Assembly: GCF_016433145.1 (NCBI RefSeq)
Contig: NC_058131.1
Span: forward strand, 63,225,253 to 63,289,252
DNA from: Gracilinanus agilis
Lineage: Eukaryota
Direction: 5' to 3'
Length of the DNA stretch: 64,000 nucleotides
The notes beneath the pieces are model-generated. The model worked only from the letters and a program-made list of their open reading frames with translations. It was not told the DNA's origin and made no database searches. Below, piece by piece: positions 46,701 through 61,478 of this stretch (position 1 is the stretch's first letter; every line of letters begins with the position of its first letter). A program made the translations under genes and the position numbers.

Positions 46701-47645
46701 AGACCGGAAGGGGGGTGGTCTTAGTGTGGGGCTGCGGGGGTAGGAGGAAGAGTAAAGTTCGGGAGCCTTCTGTTTCTGCCAGTATTCTGGGAAGGGGCAG
46801 ACCAGTCGCAGCCCCTAACCCCTCCAGCCTCATCTTCGGACACCAGGAGTTAGCTAGGTGGGGCCTCAGTCCCAAAGCAGCGGACCAGGAACTCCCAGGA
46901 GGGATGGATGGAGCCTGGGCTGGGTTCGCCCCTGAGGACAGAGGAAGGAGGGGGGCCGGGCCTGTATCTTCCTGGGCTGGCTAGCATTGAGGGGAGTGGG
47001 GAGGGGGGCAATACCGCTTAATGAGACTTCATTAGGACCCAAGGAAAACCCAGAAAATAAAGGAGAAAAAAAATGTGTGCGTGGGGTGGGGGAGCTGTTC
47101 TCATTTTCCCCAAAAGGCACGAGTCACCAGCTCAGCCGAAGTTTCTCCCCGAGGCCCATCTCTTCCCCCCTGGTTTGTTGGGGGTTCGCTGACCCACTCA
47201 TTCAGAGATTCAGGCACCTCTGGGGCCCGAGACTGCGAGTGGGTTCCTCCTTCCAGCTTCTTCCAAGGGATTCATTGTCGTTTGTGCCTTCACTATCGCC
47301 CAGTCCCGGTCTCCCCGGTGCCTCAAAGCTTCAGGCAGTCGTGTGGGTGCGGAGCTGCCCCCTGAGCCCCACGGCTACCCCAGGGCTCGGTATTCCAGAA
47401 AAAAAGGAAGCAGCTCCGGGAGGTGGGAGTGGGGGCGGGGGCGAGGGGCTTTGGGGCTTGGGCTGTACCCCGGGATAGGCTGAAACGTGCTTCATCTCAC
47501 CCCCCTTCCCTAGGTCTTGCAGGTGGGCAGGGGAGAAGAGGAATTTTTCTATGCTAGGAGGAGATTCGCCAGCTGTGCTCTCCCTCTCCCCGCAGGAGGT
47601 CACCGGAGGCGCGGGCTCTCACCTAGGCTCCGGGGGGCCAAGATC

Positions 47646-48848
47646 ATGAGGCTGAGGCGGAAGGCGGACGCTGCGCTCACCTTGCTCCTGGGCACGGCGC
47701 TCTGTTTGCTCCTTTACTCGCAGAGGGAGCCAGGGACCCCCTCGGCCAGCCTGGCCAGCGCCCGGGATGGGATGGTCACCGTCCCAGCCCCGCCGCCCTT
47801 CCCCACGCGCCCTGGCTGGGGGCCAGAGGTGGCGCGCGCCTTCCCAGCAGCCGGGGCAGCGCTCCCTATCTATGAGGCGGATACGCCGGAGCCTCCGACG
47901 CCCTCGGGGCCCTTTGACTTCCGGCGCTACCTGCAGGCCAAGGACAAGAGGCGCTTTCCGCTCCTGATCAATCAGCCGCAGAAGTGTAGGGGGCTGCGAG
48001 GCGGTCCGGGGCCGGACTTGCTTATTGCGGTCAAGTCGGTGGCCGCTGACTTCGAGCGCAGGGAGGTTGTGCGCAAGACGTGGGGCGCCGAGGGCGACGT
48101 AAGCGGGGCGCGGGTGCGCCGGATCTTCCTGCTGGGCATGCCCCGGGGCGCGGCAGGGCTCGGGATGCAGGCCCAGGAGAACTTGCTTCGGGCAGAGGGG
48201 CGCGCTTATGGGGACATTCTGCTTTGGGCCTTCGACGACACCTTCTTCAACTTGACCCTGAAGGAGATCCACTTCCTGGACTGGGCGTCCACCTTCTGTC
48301 CCGAAGCACGCTTCGTATTCAAGGGCGACGACGACGTCTTTGTGCACGTGGAGAACCTGTTGGAGTTCGTGGCGACGCGGGACCCGGCCCAGGACCTGCT
48401 GGCTGGGGACGTGATCCTGCAGGCGCGGCCCATCCGCGCTCGGGACAGCAAATACTACATCCCCGAGGGCGTGTACGGGCTGGGCGCTTATCCGGCCTAC
48501 GCGGGGGGCGGCGGCTTCGTGCTGTCCGGGGCCACGCTCCGAAGACTGGCGGCCGCCTGCGCCCAGGTGGAGCTCTTCCCCATCGACGACGTCTTCCTGG
48601 GCATGTGCCTGCAGCGCCTTCGCCTGCCGCCAGAGCCACACCAGGCCTTCCGCACTTTCGGCATAGCGCGGCCCTCTGCAGCTCCGCACCTGCGCACCTT
48701 CGACCCCTGCTTCTACAGGGAGCTCGTGCTGGTGCACGGCCTGTCAGCCGCTGATATCTGGCTCATGTGGCAGATGCTGCACGCCGTGCCGGGGCCCGAC
48801 TGCGCCCGTGTCCGTACTGCCCCGAAGCCCTTCCGCTGGGGCTCCTAG
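47646..48848 (+). CDS. B3GNT9: Beta-1,3-N-acetylglucosaminyltransferase 9 (GT31), 400 aa, single coding exon
   Basis: N-terminal TM segment, [48 protein letters not shown]; synteny with TRADD. Confidence 0.97.
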   Translation: MRLRRKADAALTLLLGTALCLLLYSQREPGTPSASLASARDGMVTVPAPPPFPTRPGWGPEVARAFPAAGAALPIYEADTPEPPTPSGPFDFRRYLQAKDKRRFPLLINQPQKCRGLRGGPGPDLLIAVKSVAADFERREVVRKTWGAEGDVSGARVRRIFLLGMPRGAAGLGMQAQENLLRAEGRAYGDILLWAFDDTFFNLTLKEIHFLDWASTFCPEARFVFKGDDDVFVHVENLLEFVATRDPAQDLLAGDVILQARPIRARDSKYYIPEGVYGLGAYPAYAGGGGFVLSGATLRRLAAACAQVELFPIDDVFLGMCLQRLRLPPEPHQAFRTFGIARPSAAPHLRTFDPCFYRELVLVHGLSAADIWLMWQMLHAVPGPDCARVRTAPKPFRWGS

Positions 48849-50780
48849 CCGCAGAGCCACCCGTGGTGGGACCAGAACCGGAGATTCGAACCCGGCACCG
48901 CTGTGCCGCGGGGTTCAGAGCCTTGCTAGGTTCTTAGCCTGTAGGACGAAGGCCCCTCTAGCGTTAAATCCTCTGCCTGCCCGCATCACGCTCCCTTTTA
49001 AATCTCTGGTGCTAGCAGGGCAGGAAGACGCGCCAGTCCACCCACGAACATGTGTCCCTGCCAGGACAAAAGCCCACAAGGAGCTCACATTTCACGGGGG
49101 AACCCGTGTGCATGTGGATAGGAATGAGACCTACAGGTTACTTGCTAAGGGGGGGAGGCACCAGGCTCTGCAGAACCCCATTCCTTTCCCAACAGGCAGA
49201 AGAGCTCAAGCTTGGTGGAGGCCCCGTTTGGAGCCCTGCTCACACCGGTGACCTCCTCGGGCTGGGCTGAGCTTGCTGCAGGGAGAGGCAGCTTTTATAC
49301 TTGGCCCACCCGGATTGGTCTGCTGCCCAATGGTCTGCTCTCAAGGCCTGGACAGCAGTTGGCCCCAGATCCCATCATCCCAGTCTAGTCATGGAGAATA
49401 GAAGGAACCCAGGCCAGCTTCTGGTGCCTGGAGCCAGGAATTCCAGCTGTGTCACTCTGAGCGGAGGGCGTCTGGCTCAGCCTTTCCCTACTCCAGCTCT
49501 TTTTGGCCTCCCTTTACCCCTTCCATCCCTTATTTCTCCTCCTTCAGCCCCAGGTCAGTGCCCAGTCCCACCTGGAGGCCAGCAGCAGTGGAAGAATGCA
49601 GGCTGCTCTTCAGGCAGGGGAGTGTGTAGGTGGATTTGTGCCTGTGCACATTGAGGAATGTAGGTGGATGGAGGGGTCCCTCGGCTTCCAGCCCTAACCC
49701 TTCTTGTTCCCTGGCAGTTTAATCTGTATCCCAGTGCCTGGCATGGGTGTAGTTAAATGCCTAATAAAGCCTCTTGATTGGCTGCCAATCCCCAAACCCC
49801 TGAACGGGCTTTGTCCTCTCCCCTGACAGGCCAACCCAGCTCGCCTGCCTCCAAGGAGTTTGTTCCTAGAGGACAGGCTATTTCAGCCAACTTTCAGTAT
49901 CTGGAAGAATCAGGACCAAGTAATGGGGACTGGACCGGCATCATAGATTTGGGGATGAAAGGTCATTGGGGCCAGGCCCCTCATTTCAGGTGGAGGAAAG
50001 AGGGGTCCAAGAGGTTGACTTGTCCAACTGGACACAAACTGCTGAACAATCCCACTGTGGGTCTCGGCCCTGGAAGGGCAGTGGGGAAGTCATTTCCCTC
50101 GAGTGTGCAATGAGCCAGCTCCAATTCTTGGAGATCCCTTCTAGCTCTGTGACTCACAGTTTTAGGTTTTCTCCAGCAGCAACATTCTTTGATTCAAAGA
50201 GCTTGCCCCAGATCTTTCCCCATCCTCAACCTCCCTGTCTTTGCACTCACTCTATCCCCGTCCTCGTTATTCCAGCCCTGCCTGCCCCAACCAGGGTCTT
50301 GCACAAAGTAGTCATTTAGTCAGTTTATTTCATTGAACATTTTCCTGGAATGGTCTATGGCTGGAAGAAGCCTAGGTCTCTGCAGGCTGGCGGGGAAATG
50401 ACCTGTCCAAGGTAACCCAGCTTGGGAGAGTTAATGGCAGAACCATGGTCTACTAAGCCTGATAGGTAGGACCAAGATTAGTTTTGTGTGAGTTCTACTG
50501 ACTGAAAAGCCAGTGGGGATCTGGGCTCCAAGATGAGAGCTTGTGCACAAAGTCACTGTGACCAAGGTAGGCTCTAGCTTGGGGGGAGGAGGCTGGCCTA
50601 GGTCAGTCATTTACTGATTACAGAAAAGTGCAAAGAAGGGGTGGGGAGATGGGGGCTGATGAGGGGGTCTGTTCCTTCTTGTCCTGAGACAGAGGCTGGG
50701 CCTGAGGCCTAACACACAGGCTCTGGTGTGAGAAAGCTGGGGGTCAGAGGAGTTAGTCTACAGCAAGTAGACAAACTTTT

Positions 50781-50982
50781 TGTTTTTTAAACCCTTATCT
50801 TCCGGCTCAGAATCAATACTATGTATTGGCTCCAAGGCAGAAGAGCAGTAAGGGTGGGCAATGGGGGTCAAGTGACTTGCCCAGGGTCACACAGCTGGGA
50901 AGTGTCTGAGATCACATTTGAACCTAGGACCTCCTGTCTCTAGGCCTGGTTCTCCATCCACTGAGCTACCCAGCTGCCCCCC
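50781..50982 (-). mobile_element. SINE1_Mdo-like SINE
   Basis: Consensus body. Confidence 0.85.
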
Positions 50983-51413
50983 AAGCAGACAAGTTTGTTG
51001 GGGACTCTGGGCACATATCTAGATGCAACCTGGTGATAAGATAACACGATGGAGAAGCACAGGCAAATGTCAGTTAAGAGACAAGGAAAGACCCTTGAAA
51101 AAGATGACTCACATCTGTGGCCCCCTTACATGTCAAGAGGGAACGTGTTCCCTTCCTGGGAAGGTGGGTTGACCACTGACCTGCTCACATCTGAGGACAG
51201 GGCTGCTGCGTCCATCACTCTGGCCCCAGGGAGGGGTGGCAGGAATCCCTCTCTGCCCAGCCCAAATGAGCTAAGTTTCTGGCAGGTACAAGAATACGTC
51301 CTCCCAGACCACTGATTGCATGCCCAGAAAGTCACCAAAAGCACATGCCCCCAAAGCAATCACACCCAGTCACTGTGCCGGGCTCCAACCAGTGCCCAAG
51401 AGCTGAGTGCCAA

Positions 51414-51419
51414 TTTATT
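51414..51419 (-). terminator. PHAF1: Candidate PHAF1 polyadenylation signal
   Basis: Minus-strand AATAAA downstream of an AU-rich UTR-like block. Confidence 0.4.
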
Positions 51420-53192
51420 AGCCTTTCAGGACACATGCACCTCTGGGGAATGTACAAAGGCGACTAGAAGGCAAGGAGGGGTAACAGGGCAGGCCGAGGA
51501 CAGGTGGGGAAGCAGGCAAGGGGGCCAACTTGGAGAAGGGCAGCTCCTAACAGTCCTTTCTTTCCTTAGCCCTTGGCAGGTGGATTCCCAACTGTGGTTT
51601 CGGTCGGACAGTCTAAAATGCCACAGCCCATGGGAAGACAGTTTGGTAACAGGGATCCCATACACATACACGCATACACACAACACACGCACAGCACTGT
51701 TCTCCTTGCTCCTCCTGGTCCTGGATCCAAAAACAATAGGTACCAGGCTCCTTTCTCATTCATCAGTAAACTATTCAGGATTATACTGTACATGAGTTAA
51801 AGTTACAAAAATGTCTTATTTACAAAAATCTGTACACACATTTGAAAAACCTCACAAAATTGTTGTCTATGTATCACAAGTTGCTACATCAAAATATTAA
51901 AAATGGGATAAAATTATACATTTCTTGTCAATTTGTTTTTTCTCTCCTAAAAAGGGTTAATTATTTTCAGAGACTCTACTTTCCCCAAAGAGACCTGTAT
52001 AGGGGTATTCCAAATCCCCGGTCCAGCCTCCTGGTCCAGCTAGAAGAGTATGTCGAGATCTTCGGGTGAGGAACCTCTTCAGAAAGGGGTTAGGGGAATA
52101 AACTGTACAGAATGCTGAAATGTAACAGAGGGAGAAGATGTCTTTGGCGAAAACTTTGGCATTAAATAAAAGATGCAGAAGGGATGGAAGGATGAAAACA
52201 TGCCCAGGAGAGGGCAACTCCTCATTCTCTCCCTTTCCCGTCAGTGGTAAGGGCTTGAGTTCTGGGGCCAAAGTTGTCCCAGAACCATCGAGGAGGCTCT
52301 GACCTTGGACAAGGTCGGCTTAGACTGAAAGATAAAAGGAACAATGGAAAAGATGCACCGTTCCAACGAGGATGGTTTCCATGGGGAAGGGAGAACCAGA
52401 AACAGAAGGGACCACTTGCTCTTCAGAATAGGTTTCTATCTAAACTTTAAAGCGCATCTAAGTGGAATCCGAGCCTGGTTGCCAGCCAGTCCAGACCACA
52501 GAAGAGCCTCTTCGGAGTTAACGAAGTTAGTTATCAAGTCATTAAAGTGGATGTAGTGCAAATGTCACAACCAAGTAATACGCACATGCGACTTGCTTGT
52601 AGTTTGAAAGTTACACAGAGATTCACCCGGTGCCAGAAGCCAGGACACATATGCTTGTCCTGTGGGCCCCACAACAACTGGTGGATGTGCTCTATGTAGA
52701 TATAGGTTTATATAGAAGTAGATATAACTTTGCTTTCTTAAATGTGACTACTACATCAACATGGCAACACAAACACACGGACTAATTGATACCTGTGTCC
52801 AGATGCTTCAAGGTTCAGAGTTTGTGCTTCTAAATCTCTGCAGTCACTTTGTGCCCTCAGCTGTTGTGCCACCCTGCCCGCCCCAACCTGACCCATCTTG
52901 CCAGGGAAGAAGACAGTCGGCCCCTGGGAGCAGGGCTGACCAGGCTGGGAGGAAAAGATAATGGGACGGTCTGAGCCCTCGCACCCCTAAGTCCAGTCCT
53001 TTCACCACAGCTTCCATATTGCTGGGAAGAGTCAAGGGCTACCACTCTGCGCTGCCACCAGGAGGGTAAAAAGAAAGAAAAAGCCACTTAGTGCTCCCTC
53101 TTCTCCAAGTGGCAGCAAATCAAGGCACGCTGTATGGTCAGGTGGCATCCCCAAGAGGCCTGGGGAGGGCTGAGGAGAAGAAGGGCTGTCCT

Positions 53193-53300
<108 letters not shown>

Positions 53301-53579
53301 TCAGAGCCAGCCCCCACACATATCACCAACTTGGATGCTACTGGCTGGCCTTGACAAGATGGAGCCACCCAGGCTTGACCAGGCTACAACTCAACTAAGC
53401 TGTAGGGTCCCTCCCAGCTCTGACCTTCTGGCCTAAGATCTAAGGGACCTTTCAACTCTTATGTTCTAAGTCTAAGGTTTCTTCTGACCTGAAAAGTCCA
53501 AGAACCCAGGATCCCTTCCATGCATCAAATCTGCTCAAACCACCCCACTGCTCATCTGTACAATAAGGAGGTTAGATGA

Positions 53580-53795
53580 CACCAGGAATTCTTGATCTTG
53601 TGTCATGGACTCCTTTGGGAGGCTGGTGAAGGGCTTCAGACACCTCAGAAGAGCATTTTTAAATACATAAAACAAAACGTATAGTATAACAAAAGCAATC
53701 AATTATATTGAAATATAGCTATCAAATAGTAATAATTCCAAGTCATAGGGTCCGCTCCCAAATCTATGGGCCTATGGACTCCAGGTTAAGGACCT
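53580..53795. mobile_element. Probable hAT/Charlie-type DNA transposon remnant
   Basis: AT-rich interior with a ccaggttaag...cccct-like terminal motif; family not confirmed. Confidence 0.35.
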
Positions 53796-54632
53796 CTAGA
53801 CTAGAAGATCTTTAAAATACTTTCCAGAGGGAACAGCTAGATGGCTCAGTGGACAGAGAGCCAGGCTTAGAGATGAGAGGTCCTGGTTCAGAACTGGACT
53901 CAGACACTTCCTAGCTATGTGACCCTTGACAAGTCACTTAACCCTCACTGTCTAGGCCTTATCTCTCTTCTGACTTGGAACCAAAACACAGGACTGATTC
54001 TAAGATGGAAAGTAAGGGTTTAAAAAAAAAAACCACAAACTTTCCAGATTAAAAATCACATATATGGTAGGGAATGTGCATTCAGGGATCATAGGTTCTT
54101 GGGCTTTGTATTATAGTCATCTACAAGGGCCAATGGGCACATCTTATCTTTCCTTACCAGAAAGGCCTCTGAAGAAGGGATCTTGTCTTATTTGATGGAT
54201 ATTTTTTATGTAACTCTTATTTTACATTCCCACCCCCCCAGTTAACATGAATGTTTTCCTCTATTTCCCATCTCCTCCTCCACTAAAAAGAAAAAAATCT
54301 TTGTAATAAATATGGATAGGCGAGCAAAACAGCCATGTCTCATTTTGCATCCTGAATTGTTCATCTCTGTTAATAGGTGGGTAATGTCAACAAGTATTAG
54401 GTAATTAACAGAGCCTGACCATCTCTCAGTACTGAGCACAAAGCTTTGCAAATACTATCAGGGCTTTCAACATTTATCAGATATCATTTGGTGCAAGAAT
54501 AATTATACCCTGAAAAGTTACAAAGATGTCAAAGACAATCCTTTCCTTTAAGGCACTTATAACAGGAATGAAGGAAGGGATGCATTTAGTTCAAATAAAA
54601 TCACATACTCAAATATTATGAATCTCCTATCA

Positions 54633-54776
<144 letters not shown>

Positions 54777-55194
54777 TCAGAAGGAAGAGAAAAAAGGGAT
54801 AGTGTTGAGACATCAGAGAGGCTGTTGATACCTTTATCTGGGGATAATGGAGGGTAGGAAACTGAACCTAGGGAAGAGAGAGCTGGGATGAACACTAGAA
54901 AAGATAGCATATCCTAAAGCACCAAAAGAAAGCTCAGGAAGAGGGTCAGCCCTCCTCATGTATGCTGTGTGAATGGTGAGGAGGCATAATCCCAATATTG
55001 TAGTCATTCCTATGGGGCAAATCACATAGTATACTACCCCTTTCCATTTCCTCCAAGGAAAGTTAAAATCAGGTTAAGATTAATACTCAAGGTGGCCTTT
55101 AAATAAATGGAAGTTGGGATGGGGGTGAAGTATGTATGTGAGTCTTTTTCTTGATGATACTCTTGGGTGGAATTAGTAGCCAATTTATTATTAA

Positions 55195-56632
55195 ATCAAT
55201 ACTGGCTGATCAGCGGAAGAGACTTGGGGTAAATGATCTCAGCAAGATAGTGTATGATAAACCCAAAGATCCCAGCTTATGGGACAAGAACCCACTATTT
55301 GACAAAAACTGCTAGGAAAATTGGAAAACAGTATGGGAGAGATTAGGTTTAGATCAACATCTCACACCTCACACCAAGATAAATTCAGAATGGGTGAATG
55401 ACTTAAATATAAAGAAGGAAACTATAAATAAATTAGGTGAGCACAGAATAGTATACTTGTCAGATCTTTAGGAGGGGAGGGATTTTAAAACCAAGTAAGA
55501 ATTAGAAAAAAATTACAAAATGCAAAATAAATAATTTCTATTACATTAAATTAAAAAGGTTTTGTACAAACAAAACCAATGCAACTAAAATTAGAAGGGA
55601 AACAAATTTGGGGAAAAAATTCTTTATAACAAAAAACTCTGACAAAGGTCTAATTACTAAAATTTATAAGGAGCTAAATCAATTGTACAAAAAAAATCAA
55701 GCCATTCCTCAATTAATAAATGGGCAAGGGACATGAATAGGTAGTTTTCAGACAAAGAAATCAAAACTATCAATAAGCACATGAAAAAGTGTTCTAAATC
55801 TTTTATAATTAGAGATACACAAATCAAAACAACTCTGAGGTACCACCTCATACCTAGCAGATTGGCTAATATGACAGTAAAGGAAAGTAATAAATGTTGG
55901 AGGGGATGTAGTAAAATTGTAACTATACCCAAAGGACTTTAAAAGACTGCCTGCCCTTTGATCCAGCCATACTACTGCTGGGTTTGTACCCCAAAGAGAT
56001 AATAAGGAAAAACACTTGTACAAAAATATTTATAACTGTGCTCTTTGTGGTGGCAAAAAACTGGAAAACGAGGGGATGCCCTTTGATTGGGTAAACAAAT
56101 TGTGGTATCTGTTGGTGATGGAATAATATTGTGCTCAAATGAATAATGAACTGGAGGAATTCCATGTCAACTGGAACAACCTCCAGGAACTGATGCAGAG
56201 TGAAAGGAGCAGAACCAGGAGAACCTTATACACAGAGACTGATACACTGTGGCACAATCAAATGTAATGGACTTCTCTACTAGCAGCAATGCAATGATCC
56301 AGGACAATTCTGAGGGAAAAGAACACTATCCACATCCAGAGAAAGAACTGTGGGAGTAGAAATACAGAAGAAAAACAACCGCTTGATCACAGGGGTTGTA
56401 GGGGATATGATTGGGGATGTAGACTTTAAACGATCACTCTAATGCAATTATTAATAATATGGAAATAGGTCTTGATCAATGGCACATGTAAAATCCAGTG
56501 GAATTGTTTGTTGGCTACAGGAGTGGGGTGGAAGGAGGGAAGGGAAAGAACATGAATCATGTAACCATAGAAAAATAATCTAAAATAAACAAATAAGTAA
56601 AACTATAAATCAATCAATCAATCAATCAATCA
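55195..56632 (+). mobile_element. 5'-truncated L1 (L1_Mdo-like ORF2 3' part and 3'UTR) in a PHAF1 intron, (AATC)n tail
   Basis: gggacaagaacccactatttgacaaaaactgc, aggtaccacctcatacctagcagattggc, ccctttgatccagccatac; stops and frameshifts present. Confidence 0.92.
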
Positions 56633-57312
56633 AACACCTGCCACTACAAGTCACATTCAGTTCCTAGAGAAATTGCATTGTTGAGCTCTTACATAGTATA
56701 GGGCCTGTCCAAATATGGAACTTGGACTCATGGCCTTGATTTGTAATCAAAGAAATCATGAAAATAGTGAGGCAATAATACAGTGCAGTAGAAAAAGTCC
56801 TGGATTCAAAATCAGATAACCTCAAATACTCTGCTGGTTATTCCCTATATGACACTGGGCTAGGCATGTAACCTCTCAGGGCTTCAGTCTCTTAACTAAA
56901 AAATGATATGGCTGGACTAGAACTAGATGGTCTCCAGCTCTCAATCAAAACATGATCTCTAATGTATCCCCCTCCAGCTCTAGATCCTGACACTAGGATG
57001 GAGAAGTGATTTTATCGTGTGGAGGGTAAAGTGTGTTGGGTGGATCCCCAAAAGAAAGGTTATGTACCTTTATCCCATTTTGTACATTTTAAGTATATGA
57101 ACTATTCAAAAAATAGGCAAAATTTGCTGGCTGAAGGAAGGGGCATGGTGTTAACTTCCATGAACATTATGATTTCTTCCAACAGGGCTGGCTTTGTTTT
57201 TCCTGGCTTAAAGCTTATAGGCTTGGGTCCTCGTATAAGGAAAAGAGGACACACAGGTGATCTCTCTGCCTTGGGGTCTGCCTGGAGGGGCAGGGGGAGA
57301 AGGAGTGCCTCA

Positions 57313-57402
<90 letters not shown>

Positions 57403-58114
57403 TCAGGAAAGCACTAGGTTCTCTTCCTGAGTCTTACCCAGAAAGGAGGCTGCCATGACCCTGAGAACCTGACACCTTCTTTGTGGTTATGGAGTTTAGT
57501 GAATGGCCTAATGGTTCAGGGAAGCCACAGCAAGCTGCACATGGGGAAAGTTAAGGTGTTAGGTTTGGTCTTAAAGCAGAAATATGGAGATACTGAGTGT
57601 TTAGAAGCACTGTGGCATAGTAGGAAGTATGCTGGACTGAAAGTCAGGAGGCATCAGCTGTGTGACTATCAACAGTCAAGCCATCTGTTTTGGCCTTAGT
57701 TTCTTTCTCTGTCAACTGAGGGAGTATGACTGCATGTTTGCTAAAGTCATGACAACACTGATAATTCTTTCTGTTTGAACTTTCCTTGTTTTCCAGTTTT
57801 TTTCTAGTTTTCTAGGTCTTTCCAGTTTGAACTTGCAGGCTGTCCATATTGGGATATACTGGCTGGAAGCTTGCCAGTGGCCTCTACCCAATAAACCTCA
57901 GGACAGAGTTTAGGATCTGAGGCCTAAATTTCTGAAATCAAGATGGAGGAAGGTGCAGATATTACTGGCAGCCAGACTTCTGCTCTCCACAGCTAGGGTG
58001 ATCCATCAGTACAAGATAAAGATAGTGGTCACTGCTCAGAGAGCCTTATATGCTGCCTGGCTCTAGACTTCTCAATGGCTCGGGTCCCCATTCTGCATGG
58101 CTAAGAGAACTTAC

Positions 58115-58158
58115 CTTGCTATAGGTTGTGCAGGTCTCAGTCTGACAATCAGCACTTT
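58115..58158 (-). CDS. PHAF1: PHAF1 exon (ESADCQTETCTTYSK)
   Basis: 44 nt; tcctcag / gtaagt. Confidence 0.92.
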
Positions 58159-58344
58159 CTGAGGAAAGAATAAAAAAAACAGACCTTTGGGAAACTGTCT
58201 AATAAGGGGCTGGTTGTCAAGTTAGGTTCCAGTAGCCAAGTAGAAGATCTGGAGTCAGAAGACCTTGGTTCAAATCTTAGCATTGGCCCTTACTAGCTGT
58301 GGGGAACTGGGCAAGTGGCTTCCCATTACCCAGGCCTCCTCTAC

Positions 58345-58555
58345 AAAATATCTTTTTTTTAAAACCTTTACCTTCCTTCTTGGAATCAATACTATGTATT
58401 GGCTCCAAGGCAGAAGAGTGGTAAGGGCTAGGCAATGGGGGTTAAGTGACTTGCCCAGGGTCACACAGCTAGGAAGTTTCTGAGGCCATATTTGAACCTA
58501 GGACCTCCCATTTCTAGGCCTGGTTCTCAATCCACTGAGCCACCCAGCTGCCCCT
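58345..58555 (-). mobile_element. SINE1_Mdo-like SINE
   Basis: Consensus body; duplicated acaaaatatctttt flanks. Confidence 0.85.
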
Positions 58556-59644
58556 GACAAAATATCTTTTAAGGTTTGCTATAAAGGCTGTGTATTCTAG
58601 GAGTTTGGGACATAGCTAAGAAATACTCTTGCAAACAAAATTATTTAGAGAGCTCTTAAGTATTTGTAGAAAGAAAAAAAAACACATATTTTCCCTAAGC
58701 AAGTCCATCAGCTTTTAGTCCTTCCCCAGCCTTGGACAGCTGTGAAGATCTCTTACAAGTGGCTGCCAGAAGACTTTGGATGGGAGGTGGTTTCTCCTAG
58801 CCCAGGACCCACCTGTACTTTGAACCTGAAGCAGACTATAATAAGGCTAATTAGGGGAGAAGCAAAGGGTCTGGTCCCTAGGAGGGCCACTTAAATATAG
58901 AGAGGGGCTCTGAGCCCCTGAGGAAATAAAGTATAGCCCATCTCATCCCAGGAGGCCTGCTTGGAAGTCAAAGGACAGAAGTCTATCTGGAATGGGCAGG
59001 GTTGAATGGAAGGATGTGGTAAGGAATGAGACTGAGAAGAGAAGTCCAGATAATTAAGGTCAAGAGGAATAGTGACTATTGCAATGTTGTGCCCAGAATA
59101 GGGTAGAAGCTATACAGTGATGGAGTTACAGTAAAAAAGCTCAATACTCCTGCCATTGGTAATGATGACAGATCCTTCCTCCTGAACAGTTACCAGGGTA
59201 GCTCTGGCTTCTGAGCTGAGGCAGCAGAAGCCACTACAGTTTCATGGGTATCTCTCAGACTTAGCAAAGACAAGTTAATATGGCACGTTGGAGTATTAGT
59301 AAGGTCTGGCTTTGAACTTTGAAGACCAGGATTCAAGTCCTGAGTCTTCTTCCTATTCATTTTAACCCAGAGCAAATCATTCCCCCTCACTAGGCCTCAG
59401 TTCTCTCATCTGGTAAATGGGAATTAGCTTATACCCTCTACCTTAATTTATTCTTTAACATATCTGTACATAGTGGTATGTAGCACCAGGGAAAATTATC
59501 TGAAAGCCAGGAATGGTGCTAAAAGAACAAGCTAGTTCTCGTCCTTTCCTTCCACAAGTCACTTGGAGTATAAAAGGGTTTGCCTCAACAAGAGAAGAGG
59601 GGAGGTGTTCCTGTCTTCCTCTGACTGTAAGAGATACTGCTTAC

Positions 59645-59688
59645 CTCTCTTAATGGTCAGGGGGATCTTGAACTCGCAGCGGTGATAG
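59645..59688 (-). CDS. PHAF1: PHAF1 exon (YHRCEFKIPLTIKR)
   Basis: 44 nt; ctctgcag / gtaagc. Confidence 0.93.
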
Positions 59689-61395
59689 CTGCAGAGAGAA
59701 GACACACAGACAGAGTCAAGGGCTAGAAATACTCAGGCAGCAAAGCTGACTGCGCAGAGTAGCTAAATCCTGGCCTTCTGACCATCAGTGGTTTTTTAAA
59801 TGAAAATTTTTTAAATTTTTCAATTATCAAGCATTAATATTTTTCCCCTCAATTCCTAAACTGGGAAAAAAGAAAAACAAAACTCTTGGTACAAATAAAC
59901 ACAGTTAAACCTACATGCCCATAAGCATGTATTTCATTCAGCATATCAGACTATCCCCCTGAGTCAGGAGGTGGCAGCATTCTCCCTCATTAGGCCTTAA
60001 GCATCATGCTTGATTATGATGTCAATCACAGCTCTTGATTCTTTCAAAATTGTTCCTTTTAAAACTGTTCTTATTCTATAAGCATCCTGTTTCTGATCCC
60101 CAGCAGCAGCAGCAGTACATAATGAAATGTTTTGCTGGTGCTCAAACCAGGGTTCAACATATGACCATCACAGACACTATGTCAGGAAAGCAAGGTGGCT
60201 CAGAGGATTGAGAGCCAGGCCTAGAGACAGGAGGACCTGGGTTCAAATGTGGCCTCAGATACCTCTTAGCTATGTGACCCTTAACTTAAGTCATATAACC
60301 CCCACTGCCTAGCCTTTACTGCTCTTCTGCCTTAGAACAGACACTTAGTATTGATTCTAAGACAGAAGGTAAGGGTGTAAAAAAACAACATAATGTCAAC
60401 CTTCCCATCAAAGACCGATGATATCATTAAGGTCAAGTGGAAACCTGGCAACTCTTACAATTAAACAGGGTTATATTTGCTCGTGTGAGGATCCCAGTTA
60501 CTGCAGTAACTGGTTCTAGGTTTTTTTAGTTAAAGCAGAAGGAAAACAGGTAAGGCTCAGGAGGTATCTAAATACTTCTCCTACATCGGCAGCCTTATGT
60601 AATGGAAAGGGCACTAGATTAAAAATCAGGAGACCTGGATGCTAGGCCTGAGCAACCTGACACATTATTGAGGCTTCCTTAATCAGGCTTACTGTCTTAG
60701 GAAAGTCTCACATCAAAAGAGAACTCTGAAAATACTTAACATGGCTTTCTATGTTCTTAATACAAGACAGCACGTAGGACACAGAAGCCTAAAGCATTAA
60801 CAGTGAAATATTCATTATAAAAGAAACCTGGAAAGGGATGGGGGGGAAAATTCATTTCGTCCCATCTTTACTTCCAAGATGCTGGTTGATAAGACTTTGG
60901 GGAGCCAGAAAAGGAGTGAAGTTTAGTGGCTAAGACTTAAATCAAGAAAACTAGTACATACATATAAAGGGAAAAGTATCTTGGCTTTAGGGTCAATCTG
61001 GAGCCAGTCAAAAGGTTATTTCCTTCAAGTCAGGCAGTTAGAACCACTGGTATTAAGAGTCTCTAGAAAAATGCTCCCACTGCATTTTTCTCCTCCACCC
61101 CATCCCCTGCTGCCCCCCAAATCTAGTAACATTTAAGTGAGGGCAGAATGGTTTATAGTGAAGGATGGAGAAAGCATTTGCACAAAGCTGCCAAGCAGCT
61201 GTTGCCTGGGGATCAGCTTTTGTGTTTGGTTCCCTGGTACAAGTCACTAGGGAATCTCACCCTTGCCAGGAATCAACATTTATACAGATTTCCCAAAGTC
61301 AAAAAGTAAAACCCTGATGGCCTGCTTTCTGGCATAGCCAAGACTGGTGTGTCATTCCAAAAACCCGTGTCCTAAGAGGGTACAAGCATACTCAC

Positions 61396-61478
61396 ATGTT
61401 GAAGTTATAATGCCCAGGGTAATTGGTGTGGAGGACAAATTTTTTCACTTTGTGTGTATTTGCATCAAAGAGAATATC
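61396..61478 (-). CDS. PHAF1: PHAF1 exon ([28 protein letters not shown])
   Basis: Match to human; canonical sites. Confidence 0.95.

Noticed and set aside
47619-48737. 372-aa antisense ORF and 224-aa shifted ORF over B3GNT9
   Set aside because: Expected shadow ORFs of a GC-rich coding exon; no domain features.
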